From positions 1,721,297 through 1,785,296 of the forward strand of contig NZ_CP019936.1 in the NCBI RefSeq assembly GCF_002009425.1: a stretch of 64,000 nt of DNA. The letters run 5' to 3'. The stretch's first letter is position 1. The number at the start of each line of letters is the position of its first letter. The notes under the pieces were generated by a model, which saw nothing but the letters and a program-made list of their open reading frames with translations, searched no databases and was not told the DNA's origin. This document shows, piece after piece, positions 18,584 to 29,208 of the stretch. The translations under genes were made by a program, and so were the position numbers. This stretch comes from Thiosocius teredinicola. GTDB lineage: Bacteria; Pseudomonadota; Gammaproteobacteria; Chromatiales; Chromatiaceae.

Positions 18584-19834
18584 TCAGGTACCTTCCCGCC
18601 AGCTTGCGAGATACTGTGCCTGCTCGTCCGTTAGTTCATCGATGGCCAAACCCATGGCGGCCAGCTTAAGAGCGGCGACTTCGTTGTCGATCTCGGCGGG
18701 TACGCGATGCACCCCTGCCGGCAGGGCATGGTCGCGCAGATAGGCGACGGCGAGCGCCTGGTTGGCGAAGCTCATATCCATCACCGCAGCGGGGTGTCCT
18801 TCGGCGGCTGCGAGGTTCACCAAGCGGCCTTCCGCCAAAAGGCGTACACGTCGTCCATCGTTGAGCCGGTATTCGTCGACATGCGGCCGCGGCCGGGTAA
18901 CCTCGACCGACATCGCCTGCAGCGCCGGGATATTGATCTCGACATTGAAATGCCCGGAGTTGCCGATCACGCAGCCGTCCTTGATCGTCTCGAGGTGGGT
19001 TGCATCCAGCACGTGTTTATCGCCGCTGGCGGTGATGATGAAATCCGATTCGGCGGCCGCCTGACGCAATGGCATCACACGATATCCGTCCATCGCCGCC
19101 TCGAGCGCGCGCACCGCGTCCACCTCGCAGACGATGACGTGTGCGCCGTGTCCGTGGGCGCGGTTGGCGATGCCGCGTCCGCACCAGCCGTAACCGACGA
19201 CGGTGAAGGTGCGGCCGGCCAGCAGGATGTTGGTCGCGCGAATAACGCCGTCCAGGGTGCTTTGGCCGGTGCCGTAGCGGTTGTCGAACAGGTGTTTGGT
19301 ATCGGCATCGTTGACGGCGATTACCGGTATGCGCAAGGCGCCGTCGGCCGCCATGGCGCGCAGTCGGATCACACCTGTGGTGGTTTCTTCGGTGCTGCCG
19401 ACCACATCGTCGAGCGTTGGGCCGCCGCGCTTGTGCAACTCGCTGACCAGGTCGGCGCCGTCATCGAGCGTCACTTGCGGTCGGTGGGCGATAGCCGCAT
19501 CGATATGTTGGTAGTAGCGCTCGTTGTCTTCGCCGCGCACAGCGAACACCGGTATGCCGAAATCGTGCACCAGTGCGGCCGCCACGTCGTCCTGCGTGCT
19601 CAGTGGGTTGCTGGCACACAAAGCGATATCGGCGCCTCCTGCTTGTAGTACGCGTGCCAGGTTGGCGGTTTCCGTCGTGATATGCAGGCAGGCGCTGACG
19701 CGCAGCCCGGCGAGCGGTTTGTCGGCTGCAAAATGTTCGAACAATGTCTGCAGTACCGGCATCTCCGACCAGGCCCAATCGATGCGTCGACGGCCGCCGT
19801 CGGCGAGAGACCGGTCTTTGATGTCGCAGTGCAT
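18584..19834 (-). CDS. ahcY: adenosylhomocysteinase (S-adenosyl-L-homocysteine hydrolase)
   Basis: Start at the internal [31 protein letters not shown]-binding [10 protein letters not shown] and the [11 protein letters not shown] motif. Confidence 0.9.
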   Translation of the reverse strand: MHCDIKDRSLADGGRRRIDWAWSEMPVLQTLFEHFAADKPLAGLRVSACLHITTETANLARVLQAGGADIALCASNPLSTQDDVAAALVHDFGIPVFAVRGEDNERYYQHIDAAIAHRPQVTLDDGADLVSELHKRGGPTLDDVVGSTEETTTGVIRLRAMAADGALRIPVIAVNDADTKHLFDNRYGTGQSTLDGVIRATNILLAGRTFTVVGYGWCGRGIANRAHGHGAHVIVCEVDAVRALEAAMDGYRVMPLRQAAAESDFIITASGDKHVLDATHLETIKDGCVIGNSGHFNVEINIPALQAMSVEVTRPRPHVDEYRLNDGRRVRLLAEGRLVNLAAAEGHPAAVMDMSFANQALAVAYLRDHALPAGVHRVPAEIDNEVAALKLAAMGLAIDELTDEQAQYLASWREGT

Positions 19835-19958
19835 GATGGGTACGCCTCGCGTTTGTTCACGACGAGCCGGCCGGCGTGTCGAACGGTGTTCGATGGCGAC
19901 CGTGTTTTCACTACTATGCTTATAGTAGATCGAGACTTCGTCCAATACGGTTTGCGGC

Positions 19959-20636
19959 ATGTCAAGCAAAACACATGAAGCCGACAGCATGTTGCAGGCA
20001 ATCAACGACGATGTGGCCCTCACACGTCGTCAGACGGGCCGGGATGCGTTGGCTCCCGCCGTGATCGACGCGCTGCGCCGCGTGCCGAGGCATGCGTTCG
20101 TCGACGACGACCTCAAGGACCATGCCTATGACAACCGACCGTTGCCGATCGGGCGCGGGCAGACCATCTCGCAGCCGTTTATCGTTGCCTTGATGACCGA
20201 GCTGGCCGAGGTCGGCAAGGGTGCGCGCGTGCTCGAGGTGGGTACGGGTTCGGGTTACCAGTGCGCGGTTCTGGCCGAGTTGGCCGATGAGGTGTACTCG
20301 GTCGAGATCGTGCCGGAACTCGCCGAAAATGCGGCGCGCAGGCTGAAATCACTCGGTTATCGCAATGTGTCGACCAAGTTCGGTGACGGTTACGAGGGTT
20401 GGCCCGACAAGGCGCCGTTCGACGCGATCATCGTGACCGCGGCGACGCCACTGATACCGCCACCGCTGATCGAGCAACTCAAGCCCGGCGGCAGGCTGGT
20501 GTTGCCGCTGGGCCAGCCGCATTTCAGCCAGGAGCTCGTACTGTTGCGCAAGAACGCGCACGGTGAGATCGAAACCCACAACATACTGCCGGTAGCGTTC
20601 GTACCGCTGACAGGCCAACATGCACGCGGCGATTGA
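19959..20636 (+). CDS. pcm: protein-L-isoaspartate O-methyltransferase
   Basis: [13 protein letters not shown] and SAM-binding [10 protein letters not shown] motifs. Confidence 0.9.
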   Translation: MSSKTHEADSMLQAINDDVALTRRQTGRDALAPAVIDALRRVPRHAFVDDDLKDHAYDNRPLPIGRGQTISQPFIVALMTELAEVGKGARVLEVGTGSGYQCAVLAELADEVYSVEIVPELAENAARRLKSLGYRNVSTKFGDGYEGWPDKAPFDAIIVTAATPLIPPPLIEQLKPGGRLVLPLGQPHFSQELVLLRKNAHGEIETHNILPVAFVPLTGQHARGD

Positions 20637-20726
20637 TGTTCGCCAAACGGAGTCCTGCAGCGCGAGTACCAGGTGTCGGCGCTGCCGGTACCATCTTCTC
20701 CATCGCCGACCGTGGGTATCCGTCGA

Positions 20727-22556
20727 ATGACAGATTCAACGTTCGAAAACCGTGTGTCGCAACAGATCTGGGACAGCCGCTACCGCTACCGGCTCGACGG
20801 TGTGGTGCAAGACCACACTTTGCAGGACAGCTGGCAGCGTGTGGCCGCGGCGTTGGCGAGTGTCGAGCCATCGGACCAAGCGCACTGGCAGGAGCGCTTC
20901 TATGCACAGTTGAATGCGTTTCGCTTTCTGCCCGGAGGGCGGATTCTTGCTGGTGCCGGCACCGGTTTCGACGTGACCCTGTTCAACTGCTTCGTCATGG
21001 GGCGCATCGAAGATTCGATGGAAGGCATCTTCGAGGCCTTGAAGGAAGGCGCGATCACGATGCAGTCCGGGGGCGGGGTCGGTTACGATTTTTCGACCCT
21101 GCGTCCGTCGGGCGTGCCGGCCTGGCGGGTCGGCGGTACGGCGTCCGGGCCGGTCTCGTTCATGCGCATCTGGGACAGCATGTGCGAGACCTTGCTGTCC
21201 ACGGCCGCACGGCGCGGCGCCATGATGGCGACATTGCGCTGCGATCATCCGGATATCGAGGCGTTCGTCGACGCCAAGCAGCAGACGGGCCAACTGCATA
21301 ATTTCAACCTCTCGGTATTGGTCAGCGATGCGTTCATGCAGGCGATGCACGCAGACGATGAATGGCCGCTGGTGTTTCCGGCAGACGGTCTCGCCGGCGG
21401 GCAGCATGCCGGCAACGCGATCATTGAGCGTGAATGGCCCGGCTATGCAGGCCGCGTGCCCTGCGTGGTGTTGCGTGTCTTACGGGCGCGGGCGCTGTGG
21501 GACAGGATCATGCAGGCCAGCTTCGAGAGTGCTGAACCCGGCGTGTTGTTCGTCGATAGGATCAACCGGCAGAACAATCTTGCTTACCGCGAGCGCATCA
21601 GCGCCACCAATCCGTGCGGTGAGATCCCGTTGCCACCGTATGGCGCCTGCAACCTGGGTTCGATCAACCTGGTTCAGTTCGTCCTTCATGCGTTAACTGC
21701 AGAGGCGCGTATCGATCTGGACGGCATCGCCCAGACCGCTGGGGTTGCGGTACGCATGCTCGACAATGTCATCGACCTGTCGCGTTTTCCGTTGCCGGCG
21801 CAGCAAGAGCAGGCCCGTGGCAGCCGCCGCATCGGTCTCGGCATCACCGGGCTGGCGGATGCGCTCATCATGCTCGGTCTGCACTACGGCAGCGATGCGG
21901 CACGGCAGCTTGCCGCGACGATCATGCGCACCGTGTGCCACGCCGCCTATCGTGCATCGGTGGCGCTGGCAGAGGAGAAGGGCAGCTTTCCGTTCTTCGA
22001 GCGCGATGCCTTGCTGCAGCAGCCGTTCATCAAGTCGTTGCCGCAGGACATTCAGCAAGGCATACGCAGCAGCGGTCTGCGCAACAGCCACCTGACGGCC
22101 ATTGCCCCTACCGGCACGATCAGCCTGCTGGCCAACAATGTGTCCAGCGGTATCGAGCCGGTGTTCAGTTTTGAGCACCAGCGACAGATCCGCGACAACG
22201 ACGGTTCGCCGCAGTGCTTTGCCTTGTACGACTACAGTCTCGGGCTATGGCGCCGGCAACGTGGTGAACAGTCGCTGCCCGATTACTTTGTCGCCGCTCA
22301 CCAATTGACGCCGGAAGAGCATCTGCAGATGCAGGCGGCATTGCAGCCCTATGTCGACAATGCGATCTCGAAGACCGTCAACATCCCCGAGGATTTCGCT
22401 GTGGCCGATTATCAGTCGGTGTACGAAGACGCCTATCGTCTTGGACTCAAAGGTTGCACCACCTTCCGGCCGAATCGTGTGACCGGTTCCATCCTCGAGG
22501 CGTCTGCCGCCGGGCCGGATTCGCATTGCTGCGGGGTGGATCGCAGCGACGACTGA
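20727..22556 (+). CDS. nrdJ: adenosylcobalamin-dependent ribonucleotide reductase (class II), short monomeric type
   Basis: NCFV, TNPCGE and PYGACNLGS motifs. Start at the internal ATG MTDSTFENR. Confidence 0.8.
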   Translation: MTDSTFENRVSQQIWDSRYRYRLDGVVQDHTLQDSWQRVAAALASVEPSDQAHWQERFYAQLNAFRFLPGGRILAGAGTGFDVTLFNCFVMGRIEDSMEGIFEALKEGAITMQSGGGVGYDFSTLRPSGVPAWRVGGTASGPVSFMRIWDSMCETLLSTAARRGAMMATLRCDHPDIEAFVDAKQQTGQLHNFNLSVLVSDAFMQAMHADDEWPLVFPADGLAGGQHAGNAIIEREWPGYAGRVPCVVLRVLRARALWDRIMQASFESAEPGVLFVDRINRQNNLAYRERISATNPCGEIPLPPYGACNLGSINLVQFVLHALTAEARIDLDGIAQTAGVAVRMLDNVIDLSRFPLPAQQEQARGSRRIGLGITGLADALIMLGLHYGSDAARQLAATIMRTVCHAAYRASVALAEEKGSFPFFERDALLQQPFIKSLPQDIQQGIRSSGLRNSHLTAIAPTGTISLLANNVSSGIEPVFSFEHQRQIRDNDGSPQCFALYDYSLGLWRRQRGEQSLPDYFVAAHQLTPEEHLQMQAALQPYVDNAISKTVNIPEDFAVADYQSVYEDAYRLGLKGCTTFRPNRVTGSILEASAAGPDSHCCGVDRSDD

Positions 22557-22637
22557 CCTCGCCCTGGTCACCCGATATGCCCGAAGGCCGCGGGTCGATT
22601 ACAATCGGCAGGCCAGACCCGCGTTTAACGACGCGCA

Positions 22638-25136
22638 ATGCCGGCAGGCATGCCCGGTGCAAGTGGCGGCAACAAGAACAAGGAGGGCGAAAGCGCGCTC
22701 ATGGCCACGGCGGCTCACGAATTGACAGCGTTCGAAGAAGCAAGGGCCCTGGCTCGCCGTCGTCGATTGCGCCTGTGGTTTCCGATTGGCGTTGTGGTGG
22801 TCATGCTGGTTGCGCTGGTCGGGATCGCCATATTCGACTACAGGACCATGCGCGCCGACACCCTGGCATTGTCCAAGGGCGTGATCGTCAATCTGCAAAG
22901 CCGGATCGAGACCGAAGTCGTCGCCTATATCGAGCCCATCGGCGACACCATCCGCCTGTCGCGCGATCTCTTGTCTGACAAGACCCTGTCCGATGTCCGC
23001 CGCGACCTCGTCGAGCCCTTGGGCATCGGCGTGTTGAACAACATGCCGCAGCTCACGAGCCTGATCATCGGCGTGCCGAACGGCGAGTTCTTCATGGTGC
23101 GTCGCTATCAGGACGACAAGCAGCAACAGCGTGGGCTCGAGGTCAAGACCATCAGCAAAGCCAGCGAGGCCGATGGCAAGCCCGTCGTGCGCCTGGTAAG
23201 GCGTGATGCTGCCGGCAAAGTGATTTCAGATCAGGTTGTCGAGTGGGACGGGTACGATCCCCGTCAGCGTCCGTGGTATCAGGGGGTAAGCCATGAGGAA
23301 GCCGACCGCCTGTTCTGGACCGACGTCTATCCGTTCTTCACCGACCGCGCCGCCGGCATTACGGGTTCGCTGCCGTTTATCAACGAGGCGGGCGAACTGG
23401 CGGCCGTGATAGGTGCCGACGTCAAGCTCGAAAGCCTGAGTCGTTTCTTGAGCGACCTCAAAATCGGCACCACAGGCTTTGCGTTCATTGTCGACAAAAC
23501 CGATCGCGTTATCGCCCACCCCAGTGCCGAATTGGTCAAGGAGACGGAGGCCGGTGAGGTGCGTTTGACGCGCGTCGCCGATCTTGCCGATCCGATTGCA
23601 CGACGCGCCTACGACCGTTTCCGGGTAGAAGGCCACGGCCGGCGCGATTTTGAATTGAACGATCGCCGCTACATCAGTTCGGTATCTTCACTGAAGCACC
23701 TGATCGACCGGGACTGGTCGGTGATCGTGGTGGTGCCGGAGGATGACTTCATTGGGTTTGTCGTCGAGAACGTCGGCAAGACGCTGGCGATGGGTTTGTC
23801 GGTCATGCTGCTGGCGGCCTTCCTCGCCGCCTTGTTGATTCGCCAGGGATTGCGTACCGACCGCGAGGCCATCCGTATTCTCGAACGTGAAGCGCAGCTC
23901 GATGCGCAGAGTGAGGCATTCGGCAGCACCGCCGTGCAGTCGGCGATTTTCGACTCGGGCGACGAGAACTCGTTGGCGCCGGTCACCGAAGCGGTGGCGC
24001 GTTCGTCGCGAGTCCGGCGTGCCAGCGTGTGGCAGTTCGACAGCGCTCATGACGAACTGCGTTGTCTCGACTGTTTCGACCAAGAGGCAGAAGGACACAC
24101 CCACGGCAATGCCTTGCGCCGCCCGGACCACCAGGCGTTGTTCGATGCAATCGAGCAGGGCGTGACATTGCGCGAGCTCGATACATCGAATGCGGCGGCA
24201 ACGACCTCTGTGTACAGCCGCTACCTCGACCCGATGGGTTGCCGGGCCTTGTTGTCGGCACCGGTCAAGGTAAGGGGCGAGGTGATCGGTGCGCTGTGGC
24301 TGGAGGATACCGGCAGGCGTGAACGCTGGTCGGACCAGGTGGCGCAATTTGCGCTGGCAATGGCCAACCTGTTGGCCATTCGGCAGGCGACGAGCGGCGC
24401 GACCGTGTCGGACAGCCAGCGTGACATGGCATCACCCGTCGAGAAGCGGCAAGGCGGCGCGCTGCCGGCTGCGGCGAAAGCCAGGCGTGACGAGGCGGTC
24501 GACATCGAAACCAGCCTGGGGGCGCAGCGTGCGGCAGCCTTTACCGCGAGACTTGCCCAGCTCGCCGGCGAGCAGCGCGCGGCGAGCGCCGAGGTTATCG
24601 ACGAGTTGGCGGTATTGTCACTGCACTTCACCGATGCCGTCGTGCTGGCCGAGCCGTTCGGCAAATCCAGCGACGAGTCTGTCGTCACCTACCTGATCCG
24701 CGAACTCGAGCGCGCCGCCGCCGATCACGACTTGGCCTATATGAAGTTTCTCTCCGATCAAGTGATGGCAGCGGCGGATCCCAACGATGATCCCAGGACC
24801 GGCGCGGCGAAGCTGGCCGATTTTGCGCTGCAGGTGCAGACGGTGTGCGAACGATTGTTCACCGAGCAGCAGTCACCGCTGGCGTTCTGTATCGGTCTTG
24901 ATCTCGGTCCGGTGATCGGGAGCGTCGTAGGTCGCGAGCAGCGCGCGTTCAACCTGTGGGGGGAGGCCGCGCAGATGGCGACAGACATGGCGCTGACCGG
25001 GCTGCCCGGCAGCATTCAGGCAACCGAAACGGTCTACCGGGCCTTGTCGGACGACTATCTGTTCCAACTCCGCGGGCGCCACTATCTGGAAAATATCGGT
25101 GAATTTTCCACGTACCTGATGAGTGGCCGGCTGTGA
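22638..25136 (+). CDS. membrane sensor with periplasmic Cache-like domain, cytoplasmic GAF domain and a C-terminal class-III nucleotidyl-cyclase homology domain (adenylate/guanylate cyclase-like; catalytic residues appear substituted)
   Basis: Two TM helices flank a ~300-aa periplasmic region. A GAF-like block follows (ASVWQFDS..EVIGALWLED). The C-terminal CHD pattern HFTDAV..IGLDLGPVIGSVVG..FNLWGEAAQMATDMA resembles the WGDTVNxASRMES motif, but N becomes Q and R becomes D. Confidence 0.7.
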   Translation: MPAGMPGASGGNKNKEGESALMATAAHELTAFEEARALARRRRLRLWFPIGVVVVMLVALVGIAIFDYRTMRADTLALSKGVIVNLQSRIETEVVAYIEPIGDTIRLSRDLLSDKTLSDVRRDLVEPLGIGVLNNMPQLTSLIIGVPNGEFFMVRRYQDDKQQQRGLEVKTISKASEADGKPVVRLVRRDAAGKVISDQVVEWDGYDPRQRPWYQGVSHEEADRLFWTDVYPFFTDRAAGITGSLPFINEAGELAAVIGADVKLESLSRFLSDLKIGTTGFAFIVDKTDRVIAHPSAELVKETEAGEVRLTRVADLADPIARRAYDRFRVEGHGRRDFELNDRRYISSVSSLKHLIDRDWSVIVVVPEDDFIGFVVENVGKTLAMGLSVMLLAAFLAALLIRQGLRTDREAIRILEREAQLDAQSEAFGSTAVQSAIFDSGDENSLAPVTEAVARSSRVRRASVWQFDSAHDELRCLDCFDQEAEGHTHGNALRRPDHQALFDAIEQGVTLRELDTSNAAATTSVYSRYLDPMGCRALLSAPVKVRGEVIGALWLEDTGRRERWSDQVAQFALAMANLLAIRQATSGATVSDSQRDMASPVEKRQGGALPAAAKARRDEAVDIETSLGAQRAAAFTARLAQLAGEQRAASAEVIDELAVLSLHFTDAVVLAEPFGKSSDESVVTYLIRELERAAADHDLAYMKFLSDQVMAAADPNDDPRTGAAKLADFALQVQTVCERLFTEQQSPLAFCIGLDLGPVIGSVVGREQRAFNLWGEAAQMATDMALTGLPGSIQATETVYRALSDDYLFQLRGRHYLENIGEFSTYLMSGRL

Positions 25137-25972
25137 AGCTGCGCGAGGCAAACACGGTTGCCGTGAACACTGGCGATACATTGCCGGCTTTGGGGCTACT
25201 TGCTCGATTGGGCGAGCGGGTACTACGCGTCATTCGCGCCGTCTTGATGTTCGTCGGCGATGCCTCGGTGGCGCTGGCCCGCGGTTTCGTACCGGGGCGC
25301 TGGCGGCGCACGATGCGCGAGGAGCTGTTCACCTATTTCTACCACGTCGGGGTGCGTGCCGTGCCTGCCGTGGTTGTCGCCGCGCTGTTGGTCGGCATCG
25401 GGCTGGTCCAGCAGATCCTGTATTGGCTCGACGTCGCCGGGCAACAGGGAAGCGTCGGTTCATTTCTCGTTCTGGTGCTGGTGCGTGAGATTTCGCCCGT
25501 GGTCACGGCGCTGATCGTCATCGGGCGCAGCGGATCGGTGCTGCTCGACGAAGTGGGACACATGAAAGTGAATGGGCAACTGCGCATGTTGCAGTCGGTC
25601 GGCCTCGACCCGGTCGATCTCATTGCGATACCGCGTTGCTTTGCCATGTCCCTGGCAGTCTGCGTGCTGACGATCATCTTTCTGTATGCAGCGCTGTGGT
25701 CGGGCTACCTGATGGCGTCGTTGACCGGCCTGACGTCGATCTCGCTGCTGAGCTTCGTCGATAGCGTATTGAGCGGCATGACCATCGGCGATCACCTGTT
25801 GTTGGTAATCAAGCCGTTGGTTACCGGCTACGTCATTGCGTATATCGCCGTCTGGTTCGGTATGCGCGTGGAGGCCAATGCGCTGGCGGTGCGTCGCATG
25901 TTGCCGCGTGGTTTCGTTTATTCCCTGATCGCGACGTTCTTGATCGGGGCAACGGTTTCGGCGGTGTTGTAG
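25133..25972 (+). CDS. MlaE/YrbE-family ABC transporter permease
   Basis: Topology and size match MlaE-like permeases. Start overlaps the upstream stop (ATGA). Confidence 0.75.
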   Translation: MKLREANTVAVNTGDTLPALGLLARLGERVLRVIRAVLMFVGDASVALARGFVPGRWRRTMREELFTYFYHVGVRAVPAVVVAALLVGIGLVQQILYWLDVAGQQGSVGSFLVLVLVREISPVVTALIVIGRSGSVLLDEVGHMKVNGQLRMLQSVGLDPVDLIAIPRCFAMSLAVCVLTIIFLYAALWSGYLMASLTGLTSISLLSFVDSVLSGMTIGDHLLLVIKPLVTGYVIAYIAVWFGMRVEANALAVRRMLPRGFVYSLIATFLIGATVSAVL

Positions 25973-26686
25973 ATGCTTGCACCAATGACTCATCACAACA
26001 CGGTGCCGCGCCTGCAGGCACATGGCGTCAGGGTGGCCGCATCCGGCACCTGGCCGGCACTGTCGTTCGATCTGAATGTTGCGCCGGGCGAACTGCATCT
26101 GCTGCGTTCGCTCGACGTCGAGCGTTCGACGGCGCTCGTGGACATTCTGCTCGGGCTTGAACAACCGCAAGCCGGCGATGTGCGCTTTGACGGACAGGCC
26201 TGGCGTGAAATGTCTGAAAGTGACGCGTTTCGCGTGCGCGGCCAGGTTGGTCGGGTGATGAACCGCGGTAACTGGTTACGCTCGCGCACGGTCATGGACA
26301 ATCTCTTGCTGCCATTGCGGCACCACACAGTGCTGCCGGACGATCTGCTGCGTGAAATGGCGTGTGACCTGGCGCGCCATTTCGGTCTGCCCGGCCTGCC
26401 GATGTTGCCGCCAGACGATTGTCCCGCCAGCGATCTCGAACGCGCGGCGTGCGTCAAAGCTTTTCTGGGACGACCGCAGCTGGTGTTTCTCGAGCACCCC
26501 ATGGAGTATGCCGACATCGGCCTGCTGCCGCCGTTGATGGCGGCGGTGCAACAGGTGCGCCGCCGTGGCGGGGCCGTGGTCTGGTTCACGCGCAATCGGG
26601 CCGTGCTTGAACAGCGCAGCATCCCCGCCGATCGTCGCTATCACATCGTCGGCGGGCATCTACTTGACCTGGAGCGAAGCGAGTGA
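25973..26686 (+). CDS. degenerate ABC ATPase-like protein (MlaF-like fold lacking Walker A, signature, Walker B and H-loop residues)
   Basis: Where GxxGxGKST is expected it reads LLRSLDVERSTAL. Where Walker B is expected it reads LVFLEHPM instead of hhhhDEPT. The signature region reads ASDLERAA. Confidence 0.65.
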   Translation: MLAPMTHHNTVPRLQAHGVRVAASGTWPALSFDLNVAPGELHLLRSLDVERSTALVDILLGLEQPQAGDVRFDGQAWREMSESDAFRVRGQVGRVMNRGNWLRSRTVMDNLLLPLRHHTVLPDDLLREMACDLARHFGLPGLPMLPPDDCPASDLERAACVKAFLGRPQLVFLEHPMEYADIGLLPPLMAAVQQVRRRGGAVVWFTRNRAVLEQRSIPADRRYHIVGGHLLDLERSE

Positions 26687-27738
26687 CCGATATCAAACGC
26701 TATCGTCGGGAGCGTACCTTCCTGGGCGCGACAGTGCTGATAGCGCTGGTGCTGTTCCTGTTCACCTTGATCAAGGCCGATGCGCTGCGCGAGTTGTTCG
26801 ACCCCGGCGAACCGCTGCGCCTGGTGCTGCCTGATGAGGGGCTTTACGGCCTGACCGAAGGGGCGAAGATCGAGGTGCTGGGAACCGAGGCGGGCAAGAT
26901 CCAACGCATCGTGATCGAGCCGGACCAGAAGATTCATGCGATGGCGCGCTTGAGCGCTTCGATGGTGCCATTCGTTCGGGGAGATTCTGAAGCCATCATC
27001 CGCAAGACCTTCGGTGTCGCTGGCGACAGTTATGTCGAGATTACCCGCGGCACCGGCGAGCCGATGGATTGGGAATACGCCGTATTGACGGCGAGGCCGG
27101 ACCGGGCGCCGACCGACAGTATCGGCGAGATCATGGAAGACGTGCGTAGCAGGGTCATCCCAATTCTGGAGCAGACCGAGCGCACCATGACGGCGTTGGC
27201 CGATCTGACGGAGCGACTTGCCGATCCAGAAGGCGATCTACAGGGGGTGCTGGCCGACATCAACGCAGTCACCGGACGCATCGAGCGCGGTGAGGGCACC
27301 TTGGGCAGCCTGTTGAGCGACGAGGGCACCGCCAAAGAACTCGAGGCACTGTTGCTCAGCGCCAACAAGGCGGTCGACCAACTCGGTCCGATCCTCGAGG
27401 AGCTACAGAAAACCGCGCAACAGGTCACGTCCTTGTCGCGTTCGATCAATGCGCAGAGCAAGGATCTGCCGGAGATCAGTGCCAGCGTGAAGTCGGTCAT
27501 GGCATCGCTCGATGTCGTTATGGCCGACCTGAAAAAGACCTCGCCGGAGCTACCTAAGATCACGCGTGACATCAGCGCGTCCACGGCGAACATCCCGGTA
27601 CTGCTTGGTATGACCCAGCAGACCTTGTCGGAACTGGAAGGCTTGCTGCGTCAACTGCGCAACAGCTGGCTGATCGGTGGAAGTGGCGCGCCGCCTCCGG
27701 AGGGTGGTCGCTTGCCTCCGAGCGAGGTGCGGCCATGA
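26683..27738 (+). CDS. MlaD/MCE-domain protein (single N-terminal TM, MCE domain, long helical C-terminal region)
   Basis: TM LGATVLIALVLFLFTLI, then MCE-like RLVLPDEGLYGLTEGAKIEVLGTEAGKI. Coiled-coil-like C-terminus. Confidence 0.75.
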   Translation: MTDIKRYRRERTFLGATVLIALVLFLFTLIKADALRELFDPGEPLRLVLPDEGLYGLTEGAKIEVLGTEAGKIQRIVIEPDQKIHAMARLSASMVPFVRGDSEAIIRKTFGVAGDSYVEITRGTGEPMDWEYAVLTARPDRAPTDSIGEIMEDVRSRVIPILEQTERTMTALADLTERLADPEGDLQGVLADINAVTGRIERGEGTLGSLLSDEGTAKELEALLLSANKAVDQLGPILEELQKTAQQVTSLSRSINAQSKDLPEISASVKSVMASLDVVMADLKKTSPELPKITRDISASTANIPVLLGMTQQTLSELEGLLRQLRNSWLIGGSGAPPPEGGRLPPSEVRP

Positions 27739-28646
27739 ATGTTGTCCGCATGGTGATCGGCGCCGCGGTGTGCGCAACCTTACTGGCCGCATGCGGCGGC
27801 TCTGCCGAGAAACCCGAGACACCGCCGACCGAGCAACAGTCGCTCGACCGTTCTGCGCGCCTGGCCTTTGCGCAGGGTAGGTACGATCAGGCCGCAAGCC
27901 TGTACGAAGCGGCGTTGCTCGCCGCATTGAAGGAAGACGCACCGCAGGCAATCGTCGATGCCCGCTTCAACCTCGCACTTTGTCAAACCTACCAGGGGCA
28001 ATACGCCGAGGCGCTCGATCAACTCGAACAGGCTGAGGCGGAAAGGCTGCGTCGCGGTGTTGTCGGTGAAGGCAGTATCGAGCTGCTGCGTGGCACGATC
28101 CATTACCGAAGCGGTCAACTCGATAAGGCGCGCTTGGTGCTACAGACGCTGTTGGTCGGTGACAACGGTAGCGCCGCGACGGCGACAAAGGCGCACTTCG
28201 TGCTCGGATTGATCGCCGCGGATCAGGGCGATATCAAGGACTTGAGCACGCATCTCAACGCCATCGGCGCGGACGCCGTGCAGGCGTCGGCGACCGACCG
28301 GTTGGAACTTACGGCATTGCTCAGCGCCTTGCAGGGCGAGGCCGATCAGGCCCTGGCCCAGCTCGAACAGGTTGCGCGTTTGCGTCGGGACGAGCGCGAT
28401 TACAGGGGGATGGTGCGCGTGCTGGCGAAAGCCGGCGACGTGGCCGAGCATGCGCAACGTATTCAGTCGGCGGGGCGTTATCTGCTACGAGCCGGGCGCA
28501 GCGCCGCGCAACGCCGCGAGCCGGAAACACGTGGCTGGCTGGAGCGTGCTGAACAGCTGGCTTCGCGGGCGGGCGATACTGAAACGGCGCGTGAGGCCCG
28601 CGAACTGTTGAATGGCTTGGAAGACAAGGCGGCGACGAGCCGCTGA
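27735..28646 (+). CDS. TPR-repeat lipoprotein
   Basis: Lipobox LLAAC after the signal peptide. Repeated YxxAxxxYxxAL-type helical repeats. ATGA overlap with the upstream MCE gene. Confidence 0.7.
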   Translation: MNVVRMVIGAAVCATLLAACGGSAEKPETPPTEQQSLDRSARLAFAQGRYDQAASLYEAALLAALKEDAPQAIVDARFNLALCQTYQGQYAEALDQLEQAEAERLRRGVVGEGSIELLRGTIHYRSGQLDKARLVLQTLLVGDNGSAATATKAHFVLGLIAADQGDIKDLSTHLNAIGADAVQASATDRLELTALLSALQGEADQALAQLEQVARLRRDERDYRGMVRVLAKAGDVAEHAQRIQSAGRYLLRAGRSAAQRREPETRGWLERAEQLASRAGDTETAREARELLNGLEDKAATSR

Positions 28647-28664
28647 ACAGGCCGATCGGTCGAG

Positions 28665-29126
28665 CTACCGGCGGCCCGCATCCGATGTTTTCATCCGATG
28701 TTGAATATCTGCGATCAATTCATCGGTCGCGACTGCGTACCATTCGGGCACTATCGTGAATTGGCTGCGTTCTCCAAGAAGCACACGCACCGGTTCGCTG
28801 GTGATCATAATCCGTGGCTTACTCGAGTCGGTAGCCAGTTCGACGGCCGTGATCTTCGAATAGGGTATCTGTGCCGTTGGCGATCCCAAGGGCTCGCGAA
28901 TCTTCAACGTGTCTGGCCCCAGGTCCAACCCGGGCAAGAGCCAGACTTTTGCGACCTGGAATACAAAGCCTGACACCACCATAGCGATAACTGCACCAGT
29001 GACAAACGTGGTGGCGTTCAGATCGAAGAAGCTGAATACGAACCCCAGCAGTCCGGCAAAGCCTGCCATCAGAATGAGGTCGATCAGCCTTGCCGGCCAG
29101 GTGAATGCAATTTTCTTGTTATTCAT
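28665..29126 (-). CDS. small membrane protein with two TM helices and a PH-like cytoplasmic domain (hypothetical)
   Basis: ORF 153 aa. Hydrophobic helices LIDLILMAGFAGLLGFVFSFF and AVIAMVVSGFVF. Confidence 0.55.
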   Translation of the reverse strand: MNNKKIAFTWPARLIDLILMAGFAGLLGFVFSFFDLNATTFVTGAVIAMVVSGFVFQVAKVWLLPGLDLGPDTLKIREPLGSPTAQIPYSKITAVELATDSSKPRIMITSEPVRVLLGERSQFTIVPEWYAVATDELIADIQHRMKTSDAGRR

Positions 29127-29208
29127 GCCGTCGACCCGTTGTCGAAGTTGTAGGGGTGGCCGGTAAGCTTGGATCGATCGGCAGCCTAACCAATGCCGGA
29201 CTGCCTCG

